From IMG/VR virus record IMGVR_UViG_3300045988_141150: DNA of 64,000 nt; one strand, written 5' to 3'. Made by a program: the position numbers and the translations under genes. This document shows, piece by piece, positions 40,882 to 50,898 of the stretch (positions are counted from its first letter, which is position 1; the number at the start of each line of letters is the position of its first letter). The stretch comes from a virus. The notes beneath the pieces are model-generated. The model saw only the letters and a program-made list of their open reading frames with translations, was not told the DNA's origin and made no database searches.

Positions 40882-42471
40882 TTAATTTTTGTTGGCGGTA
40901 GCAAAAGCCGCCTTCACCCAAGCGGGCATATCATCATCTTCTGAACCATTATTGTTCAAATTAAAAGTAGTAGCACCATTGGGCTTATTATTTTCGTCAA
41001 GGTCGAAACTCACCTTGTTGCGAACACAAATAACAGATAATTTAGCTTCAATATCATCAAGAGAATATTTATCAATATTTTTAACAACATCAGCCTTATC
41101 TTCATCAGAAAGCATATAGAATTTAGCAATCATATCTTCTTTATCTTTCTTCTCAGCAGCATTTTTAAATTCAGCAAGTGGAGCAATTTGCTCTTTCAAG
41201 CTATTATTTTCAGTTTCAAGAGCCGCGAATTTAGTCTGTAATTCATCATACTGAGCTTTAAGTTCAGTATATTCAACGACATCTTCAAGAGAATAATTTT
41301 TCTTTTTCTTTTTATCATCGTCATCATTCTCGCCTTTGTCGCCTTTGTCAGACTTATTAGAGGGTTCTCCATTATCAGGATTCTTCTTATTATCATTGCC
41401 CTCTGATTTATTATCAGGGTTTTGGCCATTAGATTTATTATTTTTGTCCTCTTCCTCAGCCTTTTTCTTTGAAGCATAATTAGTCTCAAAAGCTTCAATA
41501 TCAGCAAGAGCAAACTGAGGCTCTGCTGCCGGAGTATAAGACTTAGTTACTTCAGTTAAAGCGTCAGAAGGAACAAAGCCTTCTGCATCGGTAAGAGAAA
41601 AGTCCATGCGATAATATTTTTGATCTTGTCTATTTTGAAGAATAGCAAACTTTTGTCCAGCATCTTCATAAACGCCTTCAATGCGATAAATAGAACAATA
41701 ACTACTAGGCTCGCCAGGATACTTAGTCTCAATATAAGACCAGAGAGAATTCCACAAACTATCGCCAATTTCAACAGCATATTGTGTAAACACTTTGGGT
41801 CCTCCTTCTTTCATAAATTCTTTAAGTTCATTCATCATGGAGAACAAAGTGTTCTTAAAACCATCATCGAATGAAAAATTCACATTGATTTGGGAGCCTT
41901 CGAAACAAGGTTCATTTTCTTCTCCCAAAATACAAAGTTTAGAAATAATTGCCTTATTTATAATAAAAAACTAAGGCTTTCCATTACTATCTTTTGCCCA
42001 CGTAGCATTTAATGTTTTTTCATCAAGCTCCATAGAATGATTATTCCCTTTATCAACTACACGTTTACATTCAGGATACTAACCAGTCCACAAATAACCT
42101 TCAGTCATTAAATATTCACGTTCGACAACACCATCATCCAAAAATTTCTAGAACCAAACTTTAGCTCCAAGATCAACAAAACCATAAGGGCGAGTATTAT
42201 CTCTCATTCTAAATTCGCCATTAGATAATTCAATTATCCTATTATGTTCTTCAAAATCTTCGGTATTTTCGTTAAAAAAGCCAACAATAGGACTGCCTGG
42301 AAGACTATTAGCCATCTCAGTCGCTACATCTTTAGTGATTACGCTTTTATTACGATTAGGCTTATCATCTACATAGCAAACCTTAATTTGGCATTTAGAA
42401 ATTAAAGGATTTACAGGAGTTATATTTATAAACTCACAAGGTGTATTTAATTTAATACTTGTATGTTTCAT
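40882..42471 (-). CDS. scaffolding protein, possibly with an N-terminal protease-like domain (about 529 aa, 3 TAG in the N-terminal third)
   Basis: ATG at 42471 with GGAGG RBS; frame followed by hand through 3 TAGs into ORF 40882..41928; acidic, Lys/Asp/Glu-rich coiled-coil C-terminus typical of scaffolds. Confidence 0.45.
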
Positions 42472-42480
42472 AAATCCTCC

Positions 42481-44130
42481 TTATTTCATTGCTTCTTTAT
42501 TTTGAATAGTTTTTTCACTTTTCTAATCATCAGGTTTTTCCGGACGTCCTGCTTCGCCATTAGAAACTTTAGCAGTTCCAGAACCTGAGCTTCCTGAATT
42601 ATTTTGAGTTTTATTATTAGATGATGAACCTTTTAAACCCAAAATATCTTCACTACCCATAGTAGAACTCATAAGAGGAGGAATCATAATTTCACTTAAA
42701 TGTAAAATCTCATTTTCAAAATGAGCTGCATTAAGAATAAAACTCTATGAATGTCCAAGAGCAATCTAAGACAATAGTTTTGATTGTCCCATTTGCGCTT
42801 GTTCTTTATACATTTTAGAAAGTGTTTGATAATTATTCTGAGTAGTTTCTAATAAATAAAATCTAAAATTATATTTCTTATTACTACTCTTTTTTTCAAT
42901 AATTCTATTAAAGAATATATTAAACTATAAAATTAAACTTCTTATTGTAGATTCATCATTTAATACTGATTTTTCTAAAGCCATATTGCCATCAGTATTA
43001 AACAAATTCTATGAAATACCTAATGAATTATAAACACTACGTTCAACTTTAGCTAAATCATCTGTCGTTGTAGTAGTATTTTTATCAGACATATCAATAG
43101 AATCTACATCAGTAAATGTAGTTAAAACATCTACTCCAATAGCCCTCTATAACATCTAAACGGCATTATTATGGATATCTCTGGCTTCATCAACATCAAA
43201 TATCAAATCACCATTTTTATCCATTGGGAGCTTTTGGACTAAAATTTTAAGCAACTTCTACATTTGTTTCTTGCGGTCAAGATCTTGCGCTGCATCTAAA
43301 TCCATAATAGTAGGAATGGAATTTACAAAAATAGGAACATCACTATTATTAATATTAAATTTAATACAATTTTCTGGCTCAAGAACATACCAACTACCAG
43401 TATGCTAGCATCCAACCGCATCTTCTAAAGCAAGTTTTCCTTGCTTATATAAAACATAACCTTTAGCAAATTCTTCTGGGAATAATTTTAATACTTTTAA
43501 GCGATAATTCATATCTTTAAAAGTATCAAAAAATCGCATATCAAATTCGACAACTGGGATATTATTTACACTATAACGTGTTCTACAATATCTAACTGGC
43601 AATTCTTGTAAAATTAGATTTTTCTCTGAAGGAACTATATATCCATAATAGCATCCATTTTTAACAACTTGCAAAGCAATATCTCCACAAATCTTTTTAA
43701 TATAACTATTATCAAAATAATTCAACATTCTATAAAAATCTTTTAAAACTTTTTCTTCTTTTACATTATCATCATAAGTTTCGGCTGCAATATACCAATC
43801 ATAGCGGTATAAAAAAGCAACATAATTACAAACTCGTTGATATACACCACTTATATCATAATAAAAATTAGAAATGTATCGCAAAGTATTTAAATCTCTT
43901 TCTGCGAGTGCGCGAAGCACATCAGGTTTCGTAATAATACGATTTTGACCTGGGTATCTAATCTTACTATAATCACCAAGTTTTAAAATAGCATCATCTA
44001 AAGTTTTTGTGCCAACTTTTATTTTTCTATTGGCATAATCCGTAGCATCATTATAATTATATTCACAACGACCATTATAAATATCAAAACCTTTAGCATG
44101 AATCTAATCATTACGATCTTGCGTATCCAA
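42481..44130 (-). CDS. portal protein (about 549 aa, multiple TAG)
   Basis: TTG start with GGAGG RBS; frame followed by hand into ORF 43405..43920; TAA at about 42481; size and position between terminase and scaffold. Confidence 0.5.
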
Positions 44131-44143
44131 AGTTCCACCTCCT

Positions 44144-44500
44144 TTAATAACCTGCTAATTTCATTATATAATCATAAGAAATAAGGTTTTCGTCGGTATA
44201 TGGAATCTCTATTAATCTAAAATCATGTAAAGCGCAAAAACGTCTTTTTTGATTATCATTATATTGCTACTGGTATAAACCGCGTTTTCCGCCAAATTTA
44301 GAACTGGCTTCATAATGCTATTTTCCCTAATACTCAATAATGAAATCAATTTTTCCATCATCATCAAATATAACAAAATCAAAACGAAGCGGACGCCCGC
44401 TGGGGCTTTTTAAATCTGGAAAGATATATTCCATTTTAAAAGGTAGTCCTGCTTCTTCTAAGATTTCTTCAATTTTAATTTCTCCTCTTGAAGCACGCAT
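44144..44500 (-). CDS. small PD-(D/E)XK-type (Vsr/DUF559-like) nuclease-fold protein (about 118 aa, 3 TAG)
   Basis: ATG at 44500 with GGAGGG RBS; motif RFDFVIFDDDGKIDFIIEY*GK*HYE resembles the DUF559 core (vDF..iElDGgqH) when TAG is read as a sense codon; TAA stop. Confidence 0.35.
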
Positions 44501-44512
44501 TTTCCACCCTCC

Positions 44513-46066
44513 TTAATTTAAAAAGCACCAATCAGCTGCATTAAACTTTTTACGTTTTTTCTTTTTATCTTCTTCAAGTTTTAAATAATATAATCCATAT
44601 TCAAAAGCCGAAAATTTATCTTTACGAATTCCGCGATTTGCTTGTTTTAGAATAATATTAATACCTTCATTTTCTTCGCGTAAATTCATCATTTCTTCTT
44701 TTAATATGGAGGTTAAAGTAAATGGTTTTAAATAATCTGCCCTTTGTTCAGGAGTCATTTTTGAACCTTTTTGAGTAGCTAATAATTTTTCTTTAGCCGT
44801 TCTCTCATCTATTAAGAATTTTACCTTACCCGCTTGTAATTGAGTCTGAGCATTAGCATGACATTCAGTATTTATTGGAGCATTTGCTTTAATAACATAC
44901 ATAGCATCAAATTGAGTATTTGGTGTGCGATATTTTTTATAATATCCATCATCATCATTCTCAACGCCAAAATCAGGTAAAAATTCACCATCTTCATCAT
45001 TTTGAGATTTTACCATATAATCTAAAAGCCCAATACCTAAACCATTACCGTCTATAACTAAAGTTTTAGCTTTATATTTATAAAATAATTTCTTTAATTT
45101 AATAGCCTAATCTTCAAAATGATCATCTGACATAGTATACATATTTACTAATGATTTAATAGCTGGACCTTGAGCTTGTGGTGTTACTTTAAATACACAA
45201 ACTACTGAATCGCATCCCTTACGGCCTACATCTACAGAAAGCACATAATAAGCTTGCGCGCCCGCACGTCCAGAAGCTTCATACTCAGGCTATAATAATT
45301 TTCTATTTCTATCAAAATGCTCTCCATTAAAGAAAGCATCTTCAACAGTTCCTGACCACTTAGATTCATATTCACGCTCAAATGAGGCCTCGTTATAAGT
45401 TCCTTCATTCTTTTGGTCAGTAATAAATGTCTTACTTTGTAATCCTACCGCAACAGGAGTTCGCCATGTTCCGCCTAATACCATACAACGATCGGGCTAA
45501 GTTACCATACGAACTAAGAAACCAATAAGTCTATCATAAGGGAACGTGCCCTTATAACCAGCAGTAGTAATATAGATTTGTGATTTATTTAATGGCTCTT
45601 GCTCATTGGTAGTGCCATCTTTAGCTCTACGGGAAATTGCCATAACAGGAATAATAACTTCACGAAGGATGGCATCATCAATACCAACACACTCTTCCAT
45701 TAGTCCACCATGACGACGCTGACCACGAGTGCTTTCACGAGCTGCGAGGTTATCTAAAACTGAACCATTTTTAAATACATATCTAACTTTATCTTTTCCT
45801 TCAAGAGTTTTTCCTCGGCTCCAATCAATTTCTCGATTAAAACTTGGAATAAGTTCACATATTTCTTGAACTTTATCATGAAGAATACTAGCACCTTGTT
45901 CTTTACCTCCAGAAGTAACGAATAGATGCGCACCAGGATACAAAATACATCTAATCATTAATGCCATAACAGACAAAAATGATTTAGAATAAGCACGAGG
46001 AAAAACCGCGTAAACATACTAATAACGCATAACAGAACGGAGAAATACTCTCTAATAAAAATAAAA
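44513..46066 (-). CDS. terL: terminase large subunit (about 515 aa, at least 4 TAG)
   Basis: ORFs 45497..45976, 45290..45484 and 44513..45016 share one frame; ATPase-like N-terminal region and nuclease-like C-terminus; position upstream of the portal; TAA at 44513; start not resolved. Confidence 0.55.
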
Positions 46067-46251
46067 ATTAAATTCTCCATCTTTTATTTCAGTGCGTCTT
46101 CCTCGCACCATAAAATCTACAAATAAATCAGGATATTCTCTCCAAAAAGCAACGTATTTTCGGATGATGGGCATTACCGCCTCTACTCGCTCCGGTGATA
46201 AACCTATTTTTCTACGGCTATCACTTAACTACAGTAAATCTTGTAATGCCA

Positions 46252-47439
46252 TTATTTATTCAAACCCTATAAGAACTCATTATCTTGCGCGGACTCCTAT
46301 TCTTTAAATTCCTCAAAGTCCGCGTAATCACTATCTTTAATAGTTTTTTCAAGTTCTTCAATACTTAAATCAGCATCATCAACGATATCACTTTCCACGT
46401 TCTTTGCTTTCTCTTCATCTTCTTTAGCATTTTCGCGTAAAGCCTTTTCTACCATTGTGCTAATATTAGTTTCATCTTCAATAAGAGTGCGAGTATAACG
46501 TTGCATATCTTGAATAGTTAAATCCACTTTATCATGTGGCTATTCAACATAATATCTTTCAATATATCCTTCTTTTTCACACAATTCAATTAATTCACCA
46601 ATTGAATCAACAAATTCACCTGATTCTGCTTTATTTTGAGCAGCGGTAAATTTACCAGACTTCATTAAGCTATCGTATACTTTGCTCATCTTTTGGAAAC
46701 CTTCAATATCACCAATATCGATCAATTGATTTGCCTTTAAAGATGTCTTACATATTAATTTTAGCGTATCTTTGTGTCCGGCACCTTGAATATCATAAGA
46801 AGCCATCATTTCTTCATACAACTATTCAAGCTTAACCCATTCTTCAGGCTTATAAGTTTTGCCCCATTTAAGTCTTAAATAAGTGCGGTCTTCATCAGTT
46901 AAATCTAATTCTTGTTCCACTTCACCACTCTATTGTGCGAAATAATCTTCCGTAGGAGCATTAGGTGGTGGAGCATAAACCGGCTCTTTTAGTTCTCCTT
47001 CTGGAATAGCGATAGAACTTTTTTCAATAGCAGTTGCAATCTATTGAGCGTCATATCCTTGGCGTTTCATAGTTTGCTCTAATTTATTATTTGCCATCTA
47101 CTGTAAAAATTCTGTATCTTTCCAACGATAATCTTTAAACTATTTGAGTTTCATTTTTGACAAATAACGTCCAAGAATTGTCATACCGGTCATAGACTGC
47201 GGATCGCGCCCATATTTTTCCATTAATTTATTCCATTCGTCTGGGACATAAGGAACATCCGCTTCTTGTAAAATCCATAAATAAGTATCTGGATTCCAAT
47301 TATCGACGTGCATTGTCATACATTTTTTGCACACAGGGAATTTACCATCATTAGGATATTTTTCTAAATTATTAGATGAATAAAATTCCGTGCCATTCAT
47401 TGTGCGGTTACATTTTTCGCAATAATATGTTTCAGCCAT
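46252..47439 (-). CDS. hypothetical protein with N-terminal zinc ribbon (about 395 aa, about 9 TAG); possible small-terminase position
   Basis: ATG at 47439 with AGGAG RBS; CxxC..CxxC; frame followed by hand through ORFs 46540..46821 and 46297..46527 to TAA at about 46252. Confidence 0.35.
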
Positions 47440-47488
47440 AAATAAGATATTCTCCTTTCAATTATTTATTATAAACAAAAGGACAATA

Positions 47489-48544
47489 TTAAGATTTTTT
47501 GGCCTTAGAATTTCGACAACTTTTACAAATACTATAAAAGCCATCTTTACTTGTTTTATTTTTACTAAAATATTTATTGTGAGCTAATTTTATTTTGCCA
47601 CAACGACTACATTTTTTATATTTACCTTTTTCAACATTTAAATAATAATTATCTAAGTATTCATCTTCCGCAGTCGAAGCAATTAATTTTGGAATTTTAT
47701 TACGCCATAAACTTGAAATATATTCAAGGCTGTGCTTAATACCAAATTCCATTTGTATTTTCTCTTGAATGTCAATATTTTGTAAACCATCAATTTTATA
47801 TTCAACGATTCTATCATAAAGAGGATAATTAGCTAAAGCTTTATCACAAAGTTTATCAAAATCCTCCATTAAATACCATAAATCTTTATCATATTCGCCC
47901 CAACTATCTTGCTTTAATCGGGAATAATTACATAAAATCGCAGAACATATCTCAGGTCTTAATAAACTAATTCCATCAGGAATGGGAAAACCATCATCAT
48001 CAAAAATAAATGTTTCATCATCTAATGGAATATAAGACTTTGATCTGGTTAATTTTGTAGGCACTATTGGACGACGATAAGCATTTTTTATAACATACTA
48101 ATCTTTACGCATTTCAATAAGAGCCTTTTTAATAACAAAAGCATCTTTACCTTCTGTTACTTTTAATTTAGCCTCCCAAACATTAATGGCTTCTCTTAAC
48201 TAATTTAAACTTGGTATCTCTTCTAAATCTTTTTTTGTAATTGTAATATGTGGTTGAAATATTGTATTTCTATTATCTGTAATTAAATTATAAATTCCAT
48301 CTTCGCCATTTTCGAGTTGGGAAACAAGACCTTCAAAAGAAGTCTCACGTTTATTAACTGTAGCCATACGATTATCAGTTAATAATTTTTTCTCCTTTTT
48401 TTCTTGTTTCTCCATACAAAGAACCAAATAGTCTGCTAAAATTTCTAAATACTTTTCAGGCGGATCTGGATTATCAGCCAAAATTTGTTCGACTAATTGA
48501 TTTCTTTCTTCTGGAGTTTGTAAAGAATAATCAAGTTTTATCAT
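47489..48544 (-). CDS. first late-operon protein (351 aa if both TAG are read through; 114 aa if TAG terminates), C-terminal zinc ribbon
   Basis: ATG at 48544 with GGAGG RBS; TAG at codon 115 (48200) and a second TAG (48098); same frame continues into ORF 47489..48064; TAA stop. Confidence 0.5.
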
Positions 48545-48568
48545 TTTTTACCTCCAGTCTATGTTTAT

Positions 48569-48597
48569 ATTATACTCGAAAAAATTTTTTTTGTCAA
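48569..48597 (-). promoter_or_regulatory. sigma70/sigmaA consensus promoter for the late operon
   Basis: minus-strand TTGACA (48592-97), 17-nt spacer, TATAAT (48569-74), about 20 nt upstream of the RBS and ATG of gene 47489..48544. Confidence 0.55.
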
Positions 48598-48679
48598 GTT
48601 TCATTTAAAAATTTTTCTTTTTATATTTAAAAATTTTTTTAACAAAACAAATAACTTTTGCCCAATCACGCCCTACGAT

Positions 48680-48708
48680 TTGACATTTTTTATTTTTTAT
48701 TTTATTAT
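48680..48708 (+). promoter_or_regulatory. promoter for the first plus-strand gene
   Basis: TTGACA-17-TATTAT. Confidence 0.4.
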
Positions 48709-48736
48709 TATTATAAGAAAAAGAAAAGGAGTATTT

Positions 48737-49129
48737 ATGGAAATTATTTTTATTGTATTATTGAGTTGTGCGTTAGTAGTATCCCTCCTTTTTTTATGGT
48801 TATACAGAAAAGCCTTTTGGGTATTATACCAAAAAATGGCAAATCAGCAAAAAGAATTAAATAAATGGCCAATCGCGCAATATGAGTGTATGTTATTATT
48901 AAATATATTTTATAATTATGACTTTGAGGGAAGAGCAGTAGATTTTTCGCGATATGAAACGCAAGGACTAATTGTTTATAATTGTTTTCATGAAGCGAAA
49001 AATAGTCCAAAAGGAATTACAAATGATGGAATTGTTTCATCATTTTATAAACAAGCATTTGTATATGAATTAGATGATGGAACATTTGAATGGGAGGATA
49101 TTGAAAATGGGTCGGAACCAGCCTTTTGA
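48737..49129 (+). CDS. small membrane protein (131 aa)
   Basis: ATG with AAAGGAG RBS; N-terminal transmembrane helix; standard code; AT-rich. Confidence 0.55.
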   Translation: MEIIFIVLLSCALVVSLLFLWLYRKAFWVLYQKMANQQKELNKWPIAQYECMLLLNIFYNYDFEGRAVDFSRYETQGLIVYNCFHEAKNSPKGITNDGIVSSFYKQAFVYELDDGTFEWEDIENGSEPAF

Positions 49130-49502
49130 AGTAAGAGGAATAGATGCGGTAATATTTAGATTAGAACAAGAATATTCTAACGCAACAAGAGATAAAGATC
49201 CTTTTGTAAGAGATTGGAAATTATTTAAAACAATACGTATTGAGAAAAAGGATAATGGGTCAAGAACAATTACTTACAGACCTTTATCAGACGCGGAAAA
49301 GGCTCAATTAAGCACCAAAGAAGAACAAGAAGAATATCAGTTAAACAAATACAAATATGTATTAGAGCACTTAATGGAAAAATATGATATAAATACTATT
49401 AATAGATATATTGATAGTTGTAAATATAAAGATAAATTAATTGAATATATTGAGAAAAAATTAAATGCGGAAACCACTCAGCCCTTTGAAGGCAATTGCT
49501 AA
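49107..49502 (+). CDS. hypothetical protein (131 aa)
   Basis: ATG at 49107 with GGAGG RBS; overlaps the end of the upstream gene. Confidence 0.5.
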   Translation: MGRNQPFEVRGIDAVIFRLEQEYSNATRDKDPFVRDWKLFKTIRIEKKDNGSRTITYRPLSDAEKAQLSTKEEQEEYQLNKYKYVLEHLMEKYDINTINRYIDSCKYKDKLIEYIEKKLNAETTQPFEGNC

Positions 49503-49596
49503 AAAGTGTCAGCAGAAAGTCACTTATTCTGTTACTTCTGGATTATACACTCTTATGCAGGGTGAGAAACCTAAAAGAGGTAGAAAAAAGAAATCA

Positions 49597-49707
49597 TGAT
49601 TTGAAATTAAAAATTGATTTGTTGTTTTAACCGTATTCTGAAATTGAAAATTGATTTAGATAAATTTAAATTATTCTTCGTGATTTGAAATTGAAAATTG
49701 ATTTAGA
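49597..49707. repeat. three iteron-like direct repeats (tgatttgaaattgaaaattgattt), spaced about 42-45 bp apart
   Basis: copies at about 49597, 49637 and 49682 in the non-coding stretch where GC content switches. Confidence 0.6.
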
Positions 49708-49739
49708 TTGCGTTTTGACCACGCAAAAGGAAAAACACA

Positions 49740-50079
49740 AATAAAAAAAAATTTTTTCCCGAAATACACCCCCGCCCTATAAGGTTCTAACTTGTTTATT
49801 CTCTGAGAGTATACCAGCCTTACTCTCGCTCTTTTGCGGAACGCAAGACCCCATCCCGCATAAATGCCCCGGTAAACGTTGCTCGGCTCGCTGGCGGTAG
49901 TGGCGAGCCGAGTTTTATAAAAATCAGCAGTTTGCACAAATTTCTCGCCGAAACTTCGTCATAATGCACAAACATCAAAATGCCCGAAACTACGCCATCA
50001 CATTTGGGTAAAATGACTATTGACAATCCAGTAGCCATGTGCTATACTTGTATCATCAAAAAGAAAGAGGTAAATCAAA
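49740..50079 (+). repeat. partial, diverged copy of the early intergenic cassette (TTTTTTCCC box, GC hairpin, GCACAAA box, promoter)
   Basis: hairpin gctcggctcgc..gcgagccgag (49881-49913) followed by gagtttt; ttgcacaaattt box; ttttttccc at 49751. Confidence 0.4.
50020..50048 (+). promoter_or_regulatory. consensus promoter
   Basis: TTGACA-17-TATACT with TG extension (tgtgcTATACT). Confidence 0.55.
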
Positions 50080-50445
50080 ATGAAGAACATTTCCAAAATC
50101 ATCACCATGGCCATTGCTATCATTCTCTCCGTGTCTTTCTTTGGCCCGTTCCACGACCACACAACCGCGGAAGCCTGTGAGGAAGCGCCCCAGTCCTACG
50201 ACCTCTCGGTCATTGAGAATTGGTGCGGTTCAGGCACGGAGCGCGGAAGTATCCGTTTCGTCGGCGCAGAGGTCTATGAGCGCGAGGGCGATACACTGAC
50301 GCTCATTGATGAGCAAGGCAATCTGTGGGACGTGGAAGCACTCAACATTGATGACAACGACTTCTTGCTCTTGTGGATTAACGACAATGACACTGACACT
50401 GTGGAAGATGATACAATCATTAAGGTATGGAGAGAGGCTTACTAA
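50080..50445 (+). CDS. secreted or membrane-anchored protein with an N-terminal signal peptide (121 aa)
   Basis: RBS AAGAGG; hydrophobic N-terminus MKNISKIITMAIAIILSVSFF; acidic. Confidence 0.55.
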   Translation: MKNISKIITMAIAIILSVSFFGPFHDHTTAEACEEAPQSYDLSVIENWCGSGTERGSIRFVGAEVYEREGDTLTLIDEQGNLWDVEALNIDDNDFLLLWINDNDTDTVEDDTIIKVWREAY

Positions 50446-50476
50446 GTCTCTCTCTTTCTTGCGGATCGGCGAAGAT

Positions 50477-50494
50477 TGTTAAAAAATTAACAAG
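50477..50494. promoter_or_regulatory. perfect 18-bp palindrome TTGTTAAAAAATTAACAA (candidate operator or activator site)
   Basis: centre lies 29.5 bp upstream of the -35 box at 50515; identical copy at 50899 with identical spacing. Confidence 0.45.
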
Positions 50495-50514
50495 CAAAGA
50501 AGAGTAAAAAACTC

Positions 50515-50543
50515 TTGACAAATGCGCAATGATGTGCTACAAT
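50515..50543 (+). promoter_or_regulatory. consensus promoter
   Basis: TTGACA-17-TACAAT (tgtgcTACAAT). Confidence 0.55.
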
Positions 50544-50573
50544 GTAGATACAATAAGAAAGGGGAATACTCAG

Positions 50574-50864
50574 ATGACTAATAAGAATTTTTATAATGCT
50601 CTCAAAGCAGAAAAGGAACGGTTGATGAACGAAAGCAAGCAGGCATCCCGCGACTGCCAGATTAAGCATGGTGAGATGTCAAAGGCATGGAACATTGTCA
50701 ATGCCCTTGAAAGCTTGGGTAAGTTTGGCACGCAGGAACTCAGCAACGCGTATGATAACTATGAGGAAGCCAGCTACGCAAGTATGTTAGCAGACAACCA
50801 CTTCGATGACATTGATGAAGCCATTGATAAGATAAATGGATTGATGGGTCTTTACGAAGAATAA
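50574..50864 (+). CDS. small acidic protein (96 aa)
   Basis: ATG with AAAGGGG RBS; TAA stop. Confidence 0.55.
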   Translation: MTNKNFYNALKAEKERLMNESKQASRDCQIKHGEMSKAWNIVNALESLGKFGTQELSNAYDNYEEASYASMLADNHFDDIDEAIDKINGLMGLYEE

Positions 50865-50888
50865 GGGAGCAGTAATGCTCCCTTTCTA
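50865..50888 (+). terminator. rho-independent terminator
   Basis: gggagc-agtaat-gctccc then ttt. Confidence 0.5.
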
Positions 50889-50898
50889 ACGGCGTAGA

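Noticed and set aside
971-40885. Plus-strand ORFs inside the late module (971..1174, 5229..5417, 9194..9391, 10375..10563, 12197..12397, 26416..26613, 27100..27291, 35100..35411, 39228..39821, 40208..40399, 40442..40885, 40889..41119, 41620..41874 and others)
   Set aside because: They are antisense to continuous, RBS-supported minus-strand genes, have no RBS of their own, and show the Lys/Ile/Leu-rich composition typical of wrong-strand reads of AT-rich DNA.
48545-50080. Treating the window as two unrelated replicons (host DNA plus phage) rather than one phage
   Set aside because: The right-hand region has phage early-region architecture (about 38 consensus promoters, tiny genes, no housekeeping genes) and avoids TAG stops as expected for a TAG-suppressing phage. 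Divergent promoters and iterons also sit at the junction. A mosaic or misassembly cannot be excluded from sequence alone and is listed as a finding.
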